Shown here in pieces: positions 25,201 to 36,564 of a stretch of 64,000 nt of DNA (positions are counted from its first letter, which is position 1; the number at the start of each line of letters is the position of its first letter). Below the pieces are notes generated by a model. The model worked only from the letters and a program-made list of their open reading frames with translations. It ran no database searches and was not told where the DNA came from. A program made the position numbers and the translations under genes. Location of the stretch: the NCBI GenBank assembly GCA_000708835.1, contig DF237091.1, positions 111,095-175,094 of the forward strand, read 5' to 3'. This DNA is from Klebsormidium nitens. Lineage: Eukaryota > Plantae > Klebsormidiophyceae.

Positions 25201-28200
25201 TTCGGGGAAGGTCCACGATGACCCGGCAGGCGCCGTCAAGGAGCTCCCAAAAGAAGCGCTGGAGATCCTTACTGAGGCGATGTGCTACGTAAGAGTCCTG
25301 GAACGCCCACTGAAAGTATCTCTACTTTTCTCTGCGTGTGTTTGATGACATTTCCAGGGACGTTTTGAGACCTGTGATTGAAAGTTTTTTGAGAGGTCTC
25401 TTTCGAAAAACCTTTCGGCGAACATGTCGATGACTCCCTCAGATTGTCTGAGGTGATCAGACCCAAGGTTCTGGAAGCTGTTGGATTCTCGCTTGTCTCA
25501 GGGGGTGTCTCTAGGGGCCCCCAGCAACATCAATACGCCAACAAGGGATTGTGTGCCCTCTGACTTGCAATGTCTGGAAGAAGCTTGTACCAGGCCGATT
25601 TTGGGAATGACGGGCGCCAAGCTTTGCGGTTTTTCAGCGGATATCATGTCTCGTTTCTCTTAAGAAATGATTTCAGGTGTCAGGGAAAAGAATTGGCATG
25701 GTAAATTTGGCATCCTTTTGTTCCTCGTTGTTGGACTCCGACTGTACTTGTGCCGGACCTGAAAGCTCTTGTCAGAAAATGGCTCCTCTTGAAGTGGAAG
25801 CACAAGACTTTCCACTTCTTTGTATGCAAGACCGCTAATGAGCCCAGTCGCCCACAAGCACATCTTGCTGATACCATTCTGACATGTGTCACCCGTCTCA
25901 CAGAACACGTCCGGCGACGTCTACGTCCCCGAGGGGGAATCCGAACCCGAAGTTTCGGGGTCGCCTACCGAGGCGGCAATCCTCAAGTTCGCGCTCGCAA
26001 TCAAAACGGACTTCAAGGGCGTCCGATCGTCCGGCAAGGTCCTCAACACGGAGCCGTTCAGTTCCGCCAAGAAGCGGATGGGAGTGATCGTCGAGAAGAA
26101 TGGGAAAGCGCGCGTGCACTGGAAGGGCGCGAGCGAGATCGTGCTCGGTTTGTGCGACCAGGTGACTGATAACCAGGGCAAGCCGGTTAAGCTAACCAAG
26201 GAAAAGAAGGACGAGCTGCTGAAGGTGATCGAAGACATGGCCAAGGCGAGTCTGCGAACCATCGCGTTTGGCTACCGCGAAGTTTCCTCTCCCGGGGGGG
26301 ATTCTGTACCCGAAGACAAGCTGATCTGCCAGCTGATCGTGGGCATCAAGGACCCCCCCAGACCGGGGGTGAAAAACTCCATCAAGCTGTGTCACAAGGC
26401 GGGGATCGTGGTTCGTATGGTGACGGGGGATAACCTGACGACCGCGCAGGCGATCTCAAAGGAAATTGGGATTCTTGACCAGGGGGGCGAGATCATCGAG
26501 GGGCCGAAGTTCAGAGAGTTGTCGGAGGATCAGATGCGGGATCTGGTGCCGAAGCTGCGGGTGATGGCGCGCTCGAGCCCCACGGACAAGAACCTGCTCG
26601 TCAAGCATCTGCGCGCGCACGGAGAGGTCGTGGCCGCCACAGGGGACGGTGCGTCCTTTGTCTCGCTAGCTCAGCTTGGTATTTAACAATTTTGACTTCC
26701 GAATATGTGAGATTTGCTTAGCATCGTCCATAGTCCAGAATTAATGAAGTTCCTCTACGACAACTCAAACCCGCGGTTGATCTCGATTGTGGGACGCTCT
26801 GGCGGAAAGTTTGCGCGACTGTGCTTGAAGTATGTAGATAAAGTATCCCCGAGGAGTCCAGAATGATCAGCCGCGTGCATCCCAAGCTAGCAACAATTGG
26901 ATTCCGTGTAGAGGCGTCGGCACGACCTCAGCTCCGCAGGTACAAACGACTCCCCTGTGGTGCACGAGGAACGCATCCGGGAGGCTTGCAATGAAGATCT
27001 CCAAGACGGAGGTCGCCAGAAAGAGCACTATATTCTGAACCTCGACCCGTCTCCTCCACTTACAGTCGTTAAGATGAATCTTCAAACTCGCAAGCACGAC
27101 CAACGCTCACTTAACGTGGACCGGCATCTGGCGACCAAGCGTTTGGGGGCGAGTCGTCGCCCCCAAACCCGCAAAGTCTTGCTTCAACCTAGCTTTGAAT
27201 CTGCTTTCCACCAACATTTAACCCGCCCCGCAGGCACCAACGACGCCCCCGCGCTGCACGAAGCCGACATCGGGCTCGCGATGGGCATCGCCGGGACGGA
27301 GGTCGCCAAGGAGAGCGCGGACGTCGTCATTCTGGACGACAACTTCAGCACCATCGTGAACGTCGCCAAGTGGGGCCGCTCGGTCTACGCCAACATCCAG
27401 AAGTTCGTGCAGTTCCAGCTGACGGTCAACATCGTCGCGCTGATGCTCAACTTCATTTCGGCCGCGATCACGGGCGCGGCGCCGCTGACCGCCGTGCAGC
27501 TGCTCTGGGTGAGCGATCTTTGCGGAATCGATTGCTGGGATATCAGGTTACTAGTTGGCTTCTTTTGAACGGCTTCTTATCCAAAAGTCGGTTTAGTCAA
27601 TGCTCGAAGGAACTGCGCATGTGATAGTGGTGCGTGAAGTGTGTCTGGGCTTCTCGACGCTGCACTGCTTGTTTTTGAGACTTGAGCTTTTTGGTCATTT
27701 GTTTCCCCTGCAAATCAAGGTTGATCGTTGTTACTGTACGTGCGCTTGCCTAAAAGGCCCCCAAGCGAGAAAAGCCTCCTTCAGGCGGACTCCCTCAGAC
27801 CGGCTGAGTCCCTGCTTAATAGCTTCATACCATATCTAAACCCACAGCTTCAGCGGCTAGATGCTTCTTTCCATATTTCGTCCATTCCACCTGCTTAACC
27901 AACCTTCAAACCCTGCAGGTTGACCTGATCATGGACACCCTGGGCGCACTGGCCCTGGCCACGGAGCCCCCCACCAACGACCTCGTGACACGCCCAGCTT
28001 AACCACACCCGAACCAGCCCTAAACCCCGCCCCGCTACCTCCTTAACCAACCCTTAAACCCCCGCAGGTCAACCTGATCATGGACGCCCTCGGCGCACTG
28101 GCCCTGGCCACGGAGCCCCTCACGGATGAGCTCATGACAAGCCCAGCGTAACTCGTTTCCGAACCACCTGACAACCGCGGCATTCCACCTGCTTAACCAA

Positions 28201-29686
28201 CCTTCAAACCCCGCAGGTTAACCTGATCATGGACACCCTCGGCGCCCTGGCGCTGGCCACGGAGCCCCCCACCGACGAGCTGATGACGCAAGCCCCCGTC
28301 GGGCGCCACTCGAGCCTCATCACCAACATCATGTGGCGCAACATTTTCGGCATGGCTGCGTACCAGCTGGTGGTTCTGCTCGTGCTGCAGTTTGAGGGGC
28401 GCAAGCTGCTGGGACTCGGCAAGTCGGACCACGACACGCTGGTGCTGCAGACGGTCATCTTCAACAGCTTCGTGCTGTGCCAGGTGAGGGGACGGGGTCC
28501 GTGTTTTCATTGATTGCGACTCTCACTGACGTTCTTCCTAAATCTCATTCTAGTCTATGCCTACGCTCTGCACTTCAAATCTAGAGCACGACACGCTGGT
28601 GCTGCAGACGGTCATCCCAACAGCTTCGTGCTGTGCCAGGTGAGGGGCGATTTCTTTTTTAACCTTGACCGAGTTCTTTGTTGGTGGATCGAGTCACTGT
28701 GTTCGGGCTTTGCACTTGGAAACTGAAAGCCCGGTTGCAGACTCTCATCGTCAACAGATTCATATTATGCCAGGTGAAGGGCTTCAGTTCTGACGATTGT
28801 CGGCCTGTACTGAAGTTCTTTTTTGGTGGTTCGAGTCACTGAGTTTGGGCTTTGCACCTAGGATTAGAGCATTGATGGCCTGGTGTTGCAGACGGTCATC
28901 TTTGATGCATCTTTGTGCTGAGCCCAATGGAGGGATTGGAGAGTTGTCTTTTTCTTGAGATGGTAGATCGCGTAAATGTAGGGTCCCTTCAAGGTCACCG
29001 AAGAGAGGCGGGCAGCTGCTTCTGCTTTTGCGTGTTGGTGACACCTTCCTTCTCAAATCAGGGGTTTCTTGCAAGCCGGACCCGCACTTTTGACAGCTGC
29101 CATGGACGCGTTGTTCTGTGCCGGTTCAATATAGCAGACGCGATCGTTGTGGGCATCGAAAAGGTTTTGAAGTCGTGGCAGTAGATCAATCATGGTCGTT
29201 GTGAAGAACCCGGTCTTGGACAGGGGTCCCACCTTTGCGCCCCCGGTACTGTGCTCGCAACTTGACGGTTGAGTGACTGCAGGGCAATGTTGCTATAATG
29301 TCGAATCTTTCTTTCACGCCTTTCTGCAGGTCTTCAACGAGTTCAACGCCCGCCACACCGAGCGCATCAACATCTTCCGCAACCTGATCGGCAACCACGT
29401 CTTCCTGGGGGTCATTGCATTCACAGTCCTGGTCCAGTCCCTCCTGGTCCAAGTGGGGGGCTTTGTGGGTCAAATCGCGTCCACTACCCCCCTCTCCCTG
29501 AAATTCTGGGCCATCTGCGTCGGCCTCGGTTTCCTCAGCATGCCCATTGCCGCGCTTTTGAAATGCGTGCCTGTGCCTCGCAAGCCCATGTTCGCGCGGT
29601 CGAAGTCGGCCCGGCGCCGTGACGGGGGTTCGGATTACCACGCTCTGCCCGGGGGGGAGCAGAACGGCGGCGCGGGTTCAGTCTAG
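22295..29686 (+). CDS. ACA: P2B-type (ACA/PMCA-like) Ca2+-transporting P-type ATPase, 5'-partial
   Basis: Exons 22295-22802, 23372-23689, 24313-24593, 25111-25288, 25904-26648, 27234-27508, 28217-28483, 29330-29686, all phase-consistent. Motifs: [89 protein letters not shown]. Confidence 0.96.
24842..24929. repeat. 44-bp tandem duplication in an ACA intron
   Basis: aggtacactgctctgagctca.aa.ttttgacgcgaaga.gcac occurs twice in tandem. Confidence 0.9.
27880..28216 (+). repeat. Two extra copies of the ACA exon-7 acceptor plus first 27 codons
   Basis: cttaaccaacc.t.aaaccc.gcag|GT..ACCTGATCATGGAC starts at 27919 and 28068, upstream of the functional exon at 28217. Both copies end in an in-frame TAA. 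Confidence 0.92.
28484..28905 (+). repeat. Decayed ~140-bp tandem copies of the ACA exon-7 end plus donor
   Basis: gtgctgcagacggtcat...tgccag|gtga recurs near 28640 and 28775, with a remnant near 28885. The intronic block gagtcactg.gtt.gggctttgcac is also repeated. Confidence 0.85.
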
Positions 29687-31205
29687 AGAGTGTGTTGCGG
29701 GGCATCGTACAAGATAGCACGCAGGGTTACGGTCGTGATCAAGTAAAGATGAGTTGGCAGTCGCGAATGCTGCCTTGTCGGATCTAGAATCAGCGTTTGT
29801 GGATGCCCGTTTTGGCTAGCCGTACAGAATGATGTTTTCGAGGGCACTTCATTAAACACAGGGATCCCAAGGAAGTCCTAGATTGTCGTCTGGACCGTTG
29901 GACTAAGTGAGTCCCAAAATCAATATCATCCGTTTTGACCCATATACTTTGCTTTTGAATATCTTGATCGACGGTAAACGATGCATGCCAGCGGGTGACT
30001 GAAAGCAGCACAACTTGGGCGGCGCAACCGGCCCGGCCGCCCTCACTGCACTGCATCAATACACATATGCTGATCAGTGCACCATGCGCTAAGTTCCATG
30101 CGTACTTTGCTTGAATACCGCGCGCACTGACTCAGTATATGTGGGACGTGCATAAACCAAGCTGCCATGGGCCAATTTATCAAAAAGTGTCAGGCTATAG
30201 ATTAGGCCGCGGCGCGAGTGAGCAGTACGTCCTGTGGGGCTGCAAAAGAGGGAGAAAAGTACCGTCTGGAGTACAAGGTTTCGTTGTGCAGGCGTGACTG
30301 ATACACTGAGCCTGATCGACGGCTCGGTGGCTGAGTCGCCTCATGTCATAAAATGAGCGGCCTGGTGCATGCCTAGCCTGGCCCCATGCTGAAGTTAGGG
30401 AATGGCAAAAATGTCGAACGTCCCGTCAAGATTCCGCGTCACGCCCCGCGCCCTTCCACGCCTATTCCTGGCATCATCGCGAATGATTCATGGTCGTGTA
30501 CTGAATATCATATTATTGTATATGCAGCCTATATATTACCGCAAGCGCTCCATGACGTTCCCAAACACAATCGCTCGTCTAGCTAGCTCAGCGGATTCAT
30601 CGCGGCAATCCGCACACTTATGCACGATTATGCTATTGAATCGTTAGCATACTTTTTCGGCCTGTCACTATTGACGCGACACACACTATTAAATGACCTT
30701 ACTAAGGAACTTGTTGAACCGAACGATCGCTGCTGTCATGACACGGCGAGATACTCCAAACGGCCGCGTGTCCAGCAAGCTAGAGTCTTGCTGCAGCTCA
30801 AAACATAGGTCTTACCAATCCTGAGGGCCAGCACCAGACCGGCCGCGGCTTCAACAAAGCGTGCAAAGAACCGAAATGCTGGTACAACTGCCACGCGCTA
30901 TAATTGGGTACAATATGATTAAGTACAATTCTTGTCACGAACTCGAAGCCTGTTGGAAAGTACCCAGTCGGCTTACGTCAGCGCTCGAATGTCTGGCATG
31001 TTACGTTGTTGAAAGGCGTGTACTGAGAGCTCGGTCGAAGTGGCATCTACACTCAAGTGAATCGAACCTCGAAATCTTGCAATCAAAAAACACTCTCGGA
31101 CAGTTTAAAAACGAAGAGACGGTTTTATAGTACATAGTGCACAAGCGCCCAGGAGAGCTTGGTTCTGGCTCAACTGATGCGACTCGAGATATGCCATACG
31201 TTGTC

Positions 31206-33535
31206 CTAAACTAACAAGGCTTCCTCCGCTGAGGGCCACGCGAATGTTGGATCCTCTCTTTTCCGAGCCGAAAGATAAGCCACCACCCAAACAACCTGCA
31301 CAGCCCACGAGCGCAACAGCGTTGAAAGTTTGCGCGTCACACGTGTTAGAGAAAGCTGTAAGTCGAAAGCTTTTTCCAAAAGCAAAGCATGATGCCTACG
31401 ATCTGTTAAGCAATTGAGACCGACTCGTAGAAGAGACGTTTGAACGGTCGATATTGTCCATGCTCTTTGACGATGCTGTAAAGCCGCAACGCTTATATTC
31501 AACGGGAACAAAAATGAAACATCAGGAAAGACGACTTCACGGACAGGCCCCAGCATATTCAAGATAGAGTCACCAACTTGAATTCAGGGGGATCTCCTGA
31601 CCTTTACTGGCATCTTTGGATCTGCCCATGTTGACAGTTGGAAGGGAAAGTAAGAAGTAGAACTACAGAAGGGGACGATTGTGCCAGTGCTGAAGCCAAA
31701 GCAAAGCTGGCTAGCTTCTCTTCTCGCTTGACATCATTCATATGCGCCATTGTTCCAGTCAAGCTGTCCGCATTCTCAAGTCTATAATTCCTGTAATTGA
31801 TGGTCAGTTCTGGACGATTGCAAAACGACAGTCGTCTGACCTTGGGCTCGACGACACGAGGATCACTTAGAAAATGAAGTAACAAAGACGAAACGAGGAC
31901 GAAAAACAAAAGAACGACAATATCGAGAGGAGGACAGCGCGAAGCGAGCGGAGATAACTAGAGAAGGCGTTTGGAATCCAAATCAGCGGCGATTGGCCGC
32001 ATTCTGGAAACATCTGTCGCCATCATCCAAACGGCTGTGGCCGCCCGCCTTTGCTGTTCAGGGCTCACCTGAAAGTACGCAACCGCTGGGCCCATGGCCA
32101 AAAACCCCAGAACTGTCGCCACAACCACCCAACTGGAACCCCACAGATGGGGCGTAAACCCAAGAAAGATGTAATCAACGAGGGGGTTGAACATCAGGCT
32201 GAATGCAAAAAGGCCAAACATCTGCAGGCGTTGGCCCTTTCCCAGTCGCACGCTCCGTAGGTTGGAAGCGATGCTTGTGCTTCCCTCGATGAACGCTGCT
32301 GGCAGTGCGAGGATCAGGGTGCTGCCTAGCGAGGTGGTCAGCGTAATCAACGAGATGCAGAACAGGAAGAAAAGGGCGACCTCTAGGCGCGTGTGGGGGG
32401 GTTCTGCGAAAAGAGACCACTGGTTCAGAATACATGCGCGGGGTTTAACCAGGATCCGGTACTGTTGGTGTACGCTTGATTGGGTCCCCTTTTTCTAGGC
32501 GAGAATGGTCAACTTCAGGTGTGTGCCTTTGTATCGTGCACTCTGGTTCTTGCAAACGAGGCTGTCAACGAGTTGCACTCAGGGGGCTCACACGCTCAAG
32601 TTACAGAAGGTTGTTTGCGATCCCCTGTGAGCTGGTTGACTGCCTTTGATGCAAGCAGATGTAACACAGAATGAAACACAGCAAGCGAAGCCTGGCTATA
32701 GTTTGACCTTCGATTGAGTCTTGGTAAATTCTGTTGGATATGAATGAAGCAGGGAATCAGGCAAGCTGGTTGGAGAGCATTCAAAGTGTGGGATCTCCTA
32801 ACAGAAGACCGCCCCTTCTTCATAAAGAAGGGCAGCTTTTCATGATCGACTCTCACAAGAAGCTGCCAATACATGGTAGACAACGTAGATAATGCAGGCG
32901 TTGACTTTTTGAGTCCTCTCGTTCTCAACCGGTCTCTAAATCTGATTGCCTGCAACATAGCAGTGCTCGAATTGCCAGCTGTCAGATTACTGAAACTTAC
33001 GCGGGCTGAACCAAGGAAACAAGGTGAAGAATACGCGGGCTACGGCAAGAAACGTGCCAGTTCCCAGCCCGTAGAGTATCACGCTGTTGATGACACTCGT
33101 TCCCCAGATTTGCCACGGCCCTCCAATATTGCTACCAGCCAGGGTCTCAGAGGCTTGAATCCGTGCGGTTGAGGGGGATCCATCTCCTTGGAAGTCCTTG
33201 CGCGTGACATACACGGCAAGGGCCGTCTCCATCGTCAGTACCAGGGTCAATCCTAGCGCGCCAACGAGCGTGAAAAAGCGGACAAGCGGGGAAGCCCAGT
33301 TATTGCCGTTCAGAGCGAACCAGGGCAAGGAAACGTAGGTCATGACTTGCAGGAAAACCGCGAGAGGCAGAAAAATGAACCCTCCACGACGGAAGATCTG
33401 CCAGGACTTGAGCAGAATACCATTGGAGCTCAGAACCTGGACTGTTTGCCGCTCATTGGAGGTGTGATCAAGCGCTGCGTTGGCGCTGGAACTTGGCGGG
33501 AAGAGAGGCTGCTCGTCGCTGTTCAACGACGCCAT
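31206..33535 (-). CDS. Uncharacterised multi-pass membrane protein, ~339 aa
   Basis: Exons 33535-33001, 32403-32069, 31355-31206 with matching phases (1, then 0) and canonical donors (GTAAGT, GTGAGC). About six hydrophobic segments. LALPAAFIEG..S.LRS..L..G..LQMFGL recalls widespread plant uncharacterised TM families; family not firmly assigned. Confidence 0.7.
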
Positions 33536-36500
33536 GGCAGAATATTTACTTTTGCCGACTACTTTTACGGCCAGAAAAGATGCCGACGAGTTTTGATCAG
33601 AGTTCGGAGGAGGCGTCAACGTCAGCTCGCAAGTGCCAGTTCCTCAATAGGAGAAGCGATTGAACAGAGGGCGCTTGGGCCGGACATTGATGAAAATCCT
33701 CTTTCAGGAAGATCCCAGGTCACTCCGAGAAACGCAAACAACTTGTGATGAAGGCGCCCGTACTTTACTCTACTGAAAGTTTACTCTACTGAAAGTACCT
33801 CTTTGAGCCAAGGCGTGGTGCGTGCATCTCCACCAGATTCTTGGCAGATGCAATCACAAACGTCGCCCATCAATCCACACTGCAGCGACAGCTTTTCTCG
33901 ACGTGACATGGTTTCCCAAGTTCCTGCACTGGCCCGTGTCAGTCAGTGGGCTATTGTTGCGCACTCCCTTCAGTATGCGTACTGTTTGACTGAGCACTCC
34001 CTCTGTGACGTCCTACGGGCGTCACGTCGACACTGGCAGCCTCCGAGTCGCGGTGACGGAAGTCGCATCGCCGATTCGCCGACCCTCGGCTTGACCGTAC
34101 AGTTAACGACTTTGCGGGCGTCGGGATCGGATGATCCCCAGCCGGTGTACAGGCCACGTGCACCACGTGGACAAAGCACCCGGGGTAGCCGGCGCGGGTC
34201 ACTAGGTCTGATTCCGCCGCGTGCAGACAGTGATTGCCAGTCTATGGTTCCAGTTTTCAGCCTGGTGAAACGGAGGCACAGTATGCAGACGGTATGCGGG
34301 CACAAGCGGCTAGCGCTTGAAAGAATACGACTTACTCAGGCTTTGGACATTCCGGCGCTGGACAGAACCATCACTGATGTTTAGGCCGGAACCTTTCGAA
34401 GCGGCCTGCGTCCGTTGTACCACGTATAAGGAAGCATTATCCGTTGCACAGAAAATCGTTGTAGGCAAGCTACCGAGCTTGAAAATATTGATCTGATAGC
34501 TCGAGGCGCTCGGCTTGTGCGAATCTGCCTGTGCCGGGTGGAGGATCAGTGCGCGCTCTAACTTGGCCCAGAATACAAACATTCAGATTAAACGCTTGAC
34601 GACGGCTGTCAACATGATCAGTAATCAGATATGTAGCTTCGATCGCCGGTAACGAACACAAGCAATTTCAGTTTAAGACCGCATGCTGCAGGCTTCTCCA
34701 AAGGAATCTGCATTAGTCATGACGGACGTGAGATTTGAGACAACGGAAAATGAAAATCCGAAAAGTTCGTCATTCATAGATCCATTACAAGTACATGTGT
34801 CCACTGCCCCGTTTGCGACTGAGAGTGCCCCACGTTTGCTCAATTGACTTCACCACATCTGCTGCATGATTCCCGCTATCCCGCAAGTAGTCGTCCCCCT
34901 ATGACTACTTGCTTCGTAAGGATGCTTTAGAGAACGTTCTTTGCACTCCTTCTTCAGAACCCTGGTGTGAACTAGAGGTCCTCAAATCGAACAGTACGAT
35001 AGAGTCTGCCCCTCTTCATCTTTTCATAATCGGAGATCGACCATCATTCACTCGTTGCCAAAACGCGCCTGCCCTTGGCAGTATTACCAATGTCTTCCTC
35101 CAGGATGGTCCGAATCCGACGTACACCGAGATTGAGTCCGCGTCCGCGGCTTTCTAGTAAGTTTAGACTCACTTGCTCCCCCGCTTCGGCTTGCGGTAGG
35201 TAGCTCCCTTCTTCTCAAGCTGCATCTCTTTGACTAACCAGAACGTCTGGGCCAACGGAGTATACCAAGAGGAGTTTTGACACATCGCACCAATACACAA
35301 AAAAACTTCGATATACAGAGCACTTCGAGTCTCTGTCCTACCGCTGTGATCAATAATGGCGGCGCTGTAGAGTATCGTTATACTCCACGCGTTCACAATT
35401 CCTTCATACAGTGCCCTACAATCCATCGCGCAGCAGCGCCTCCCATCTGCGCTGTCGACGTATCTCCCTTTTCCTGGAGCGGGCCGAGTCGTAAAGCCGG
35501 GCCTGTCCCTGTGGTCAGCATCTAGCTGCGCGTGATAAGTACGTCACAAGCGAAGCACCGGCTGCGACATCAACTCGTCCCGACCCACCAAATTCGTCAA
35601 CAGCCAGAGCAACCGGTTGGTGTGCTGCCCAGGGGAGTGCGCGGCGGTGCTCGGGACAAAATGGCCTGCCCTCAAAAGTAGCCTTTTGGAAAACGAGCGG
35701 CGAAGAACTGTCTTCTGAATCCTGACCGGACGAGCGTATAAATGCGTCCCCTCTGCAAAGCTGAGAAACAGAGAAAGAACACAAAGAGACTCGAGAAGAA
35801 GGGTACGACTTCTATCACCGCTCATGGGCAGAAGCAATGGGTCGATACTAGAGGGGTAAAAAGTGGGCATACTTGATTCAGAAGAGTTGCTTGAGGGTCG
35901 ACGTACAGTGGTTACTTCTCAATGACATCCGGGGGCCCTCATGCTTATCGGGTAGGCTCTATTCAATAAGCTGAAACGCTTCACTTTATCTACCAACGTA
36001 AGTACTACTGTAGGCGGCGTGGATTTATCATGCGCGCTATTGGCCGTCAACTGCGTATGCAAGCAGCAGCTATTTTCTGATCATTCCTAAGCATGTTTTA
36101 CTCGATCCTTTCGTCCTTCCTCAGTCCCGACTTGGACACAGTCGCAAAGAAGAACATGTATCGTCGTTACTGGTTCGACACATGTTGTGATTCTTGAAGT
36201 CGAGTGCGCAAATCAACTCCAGCTTCTAGGGTTCAAAAGCGCAAGCTTGAGGAGAGACTAATGCAAGAGGCTCCCCTTCACTCCATACAAGCAGGCTACC
36301 GATTGGTGAATGATGTGGAACTCAGCAGAATCGGAGAATTTGACCCTTACTGGCATTGGCGAAAGCGCCCACTGAATGTAATCGGTCAGTCGGCTCGAGA
36401 TACTTTCGAGCGGCAAAGTCAGGTAAGCAATTTATGGTCTAGTCAACCTTTTCGACAAGACGCTGGCCCTAGCTCACTAAACCTGTTCCCGGATTCAGCT

Positions 36501-36564
36501 CGTCAAGCAGTTCTGTCTGCGGCATTACGCAAGTGCACTAGTTCAAACTACCAGTACTGTCAAG

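Noticed and set aside
33800-35900. Possible extra minus-strand gene (open frame 35524-35173 between an AG and GTGAGT; ORFs at 35515-35870 and 33803-34384)
   Set aside because: I could not build a phase-consistent model or recognise any product. It may be UTR or non-coding exons.
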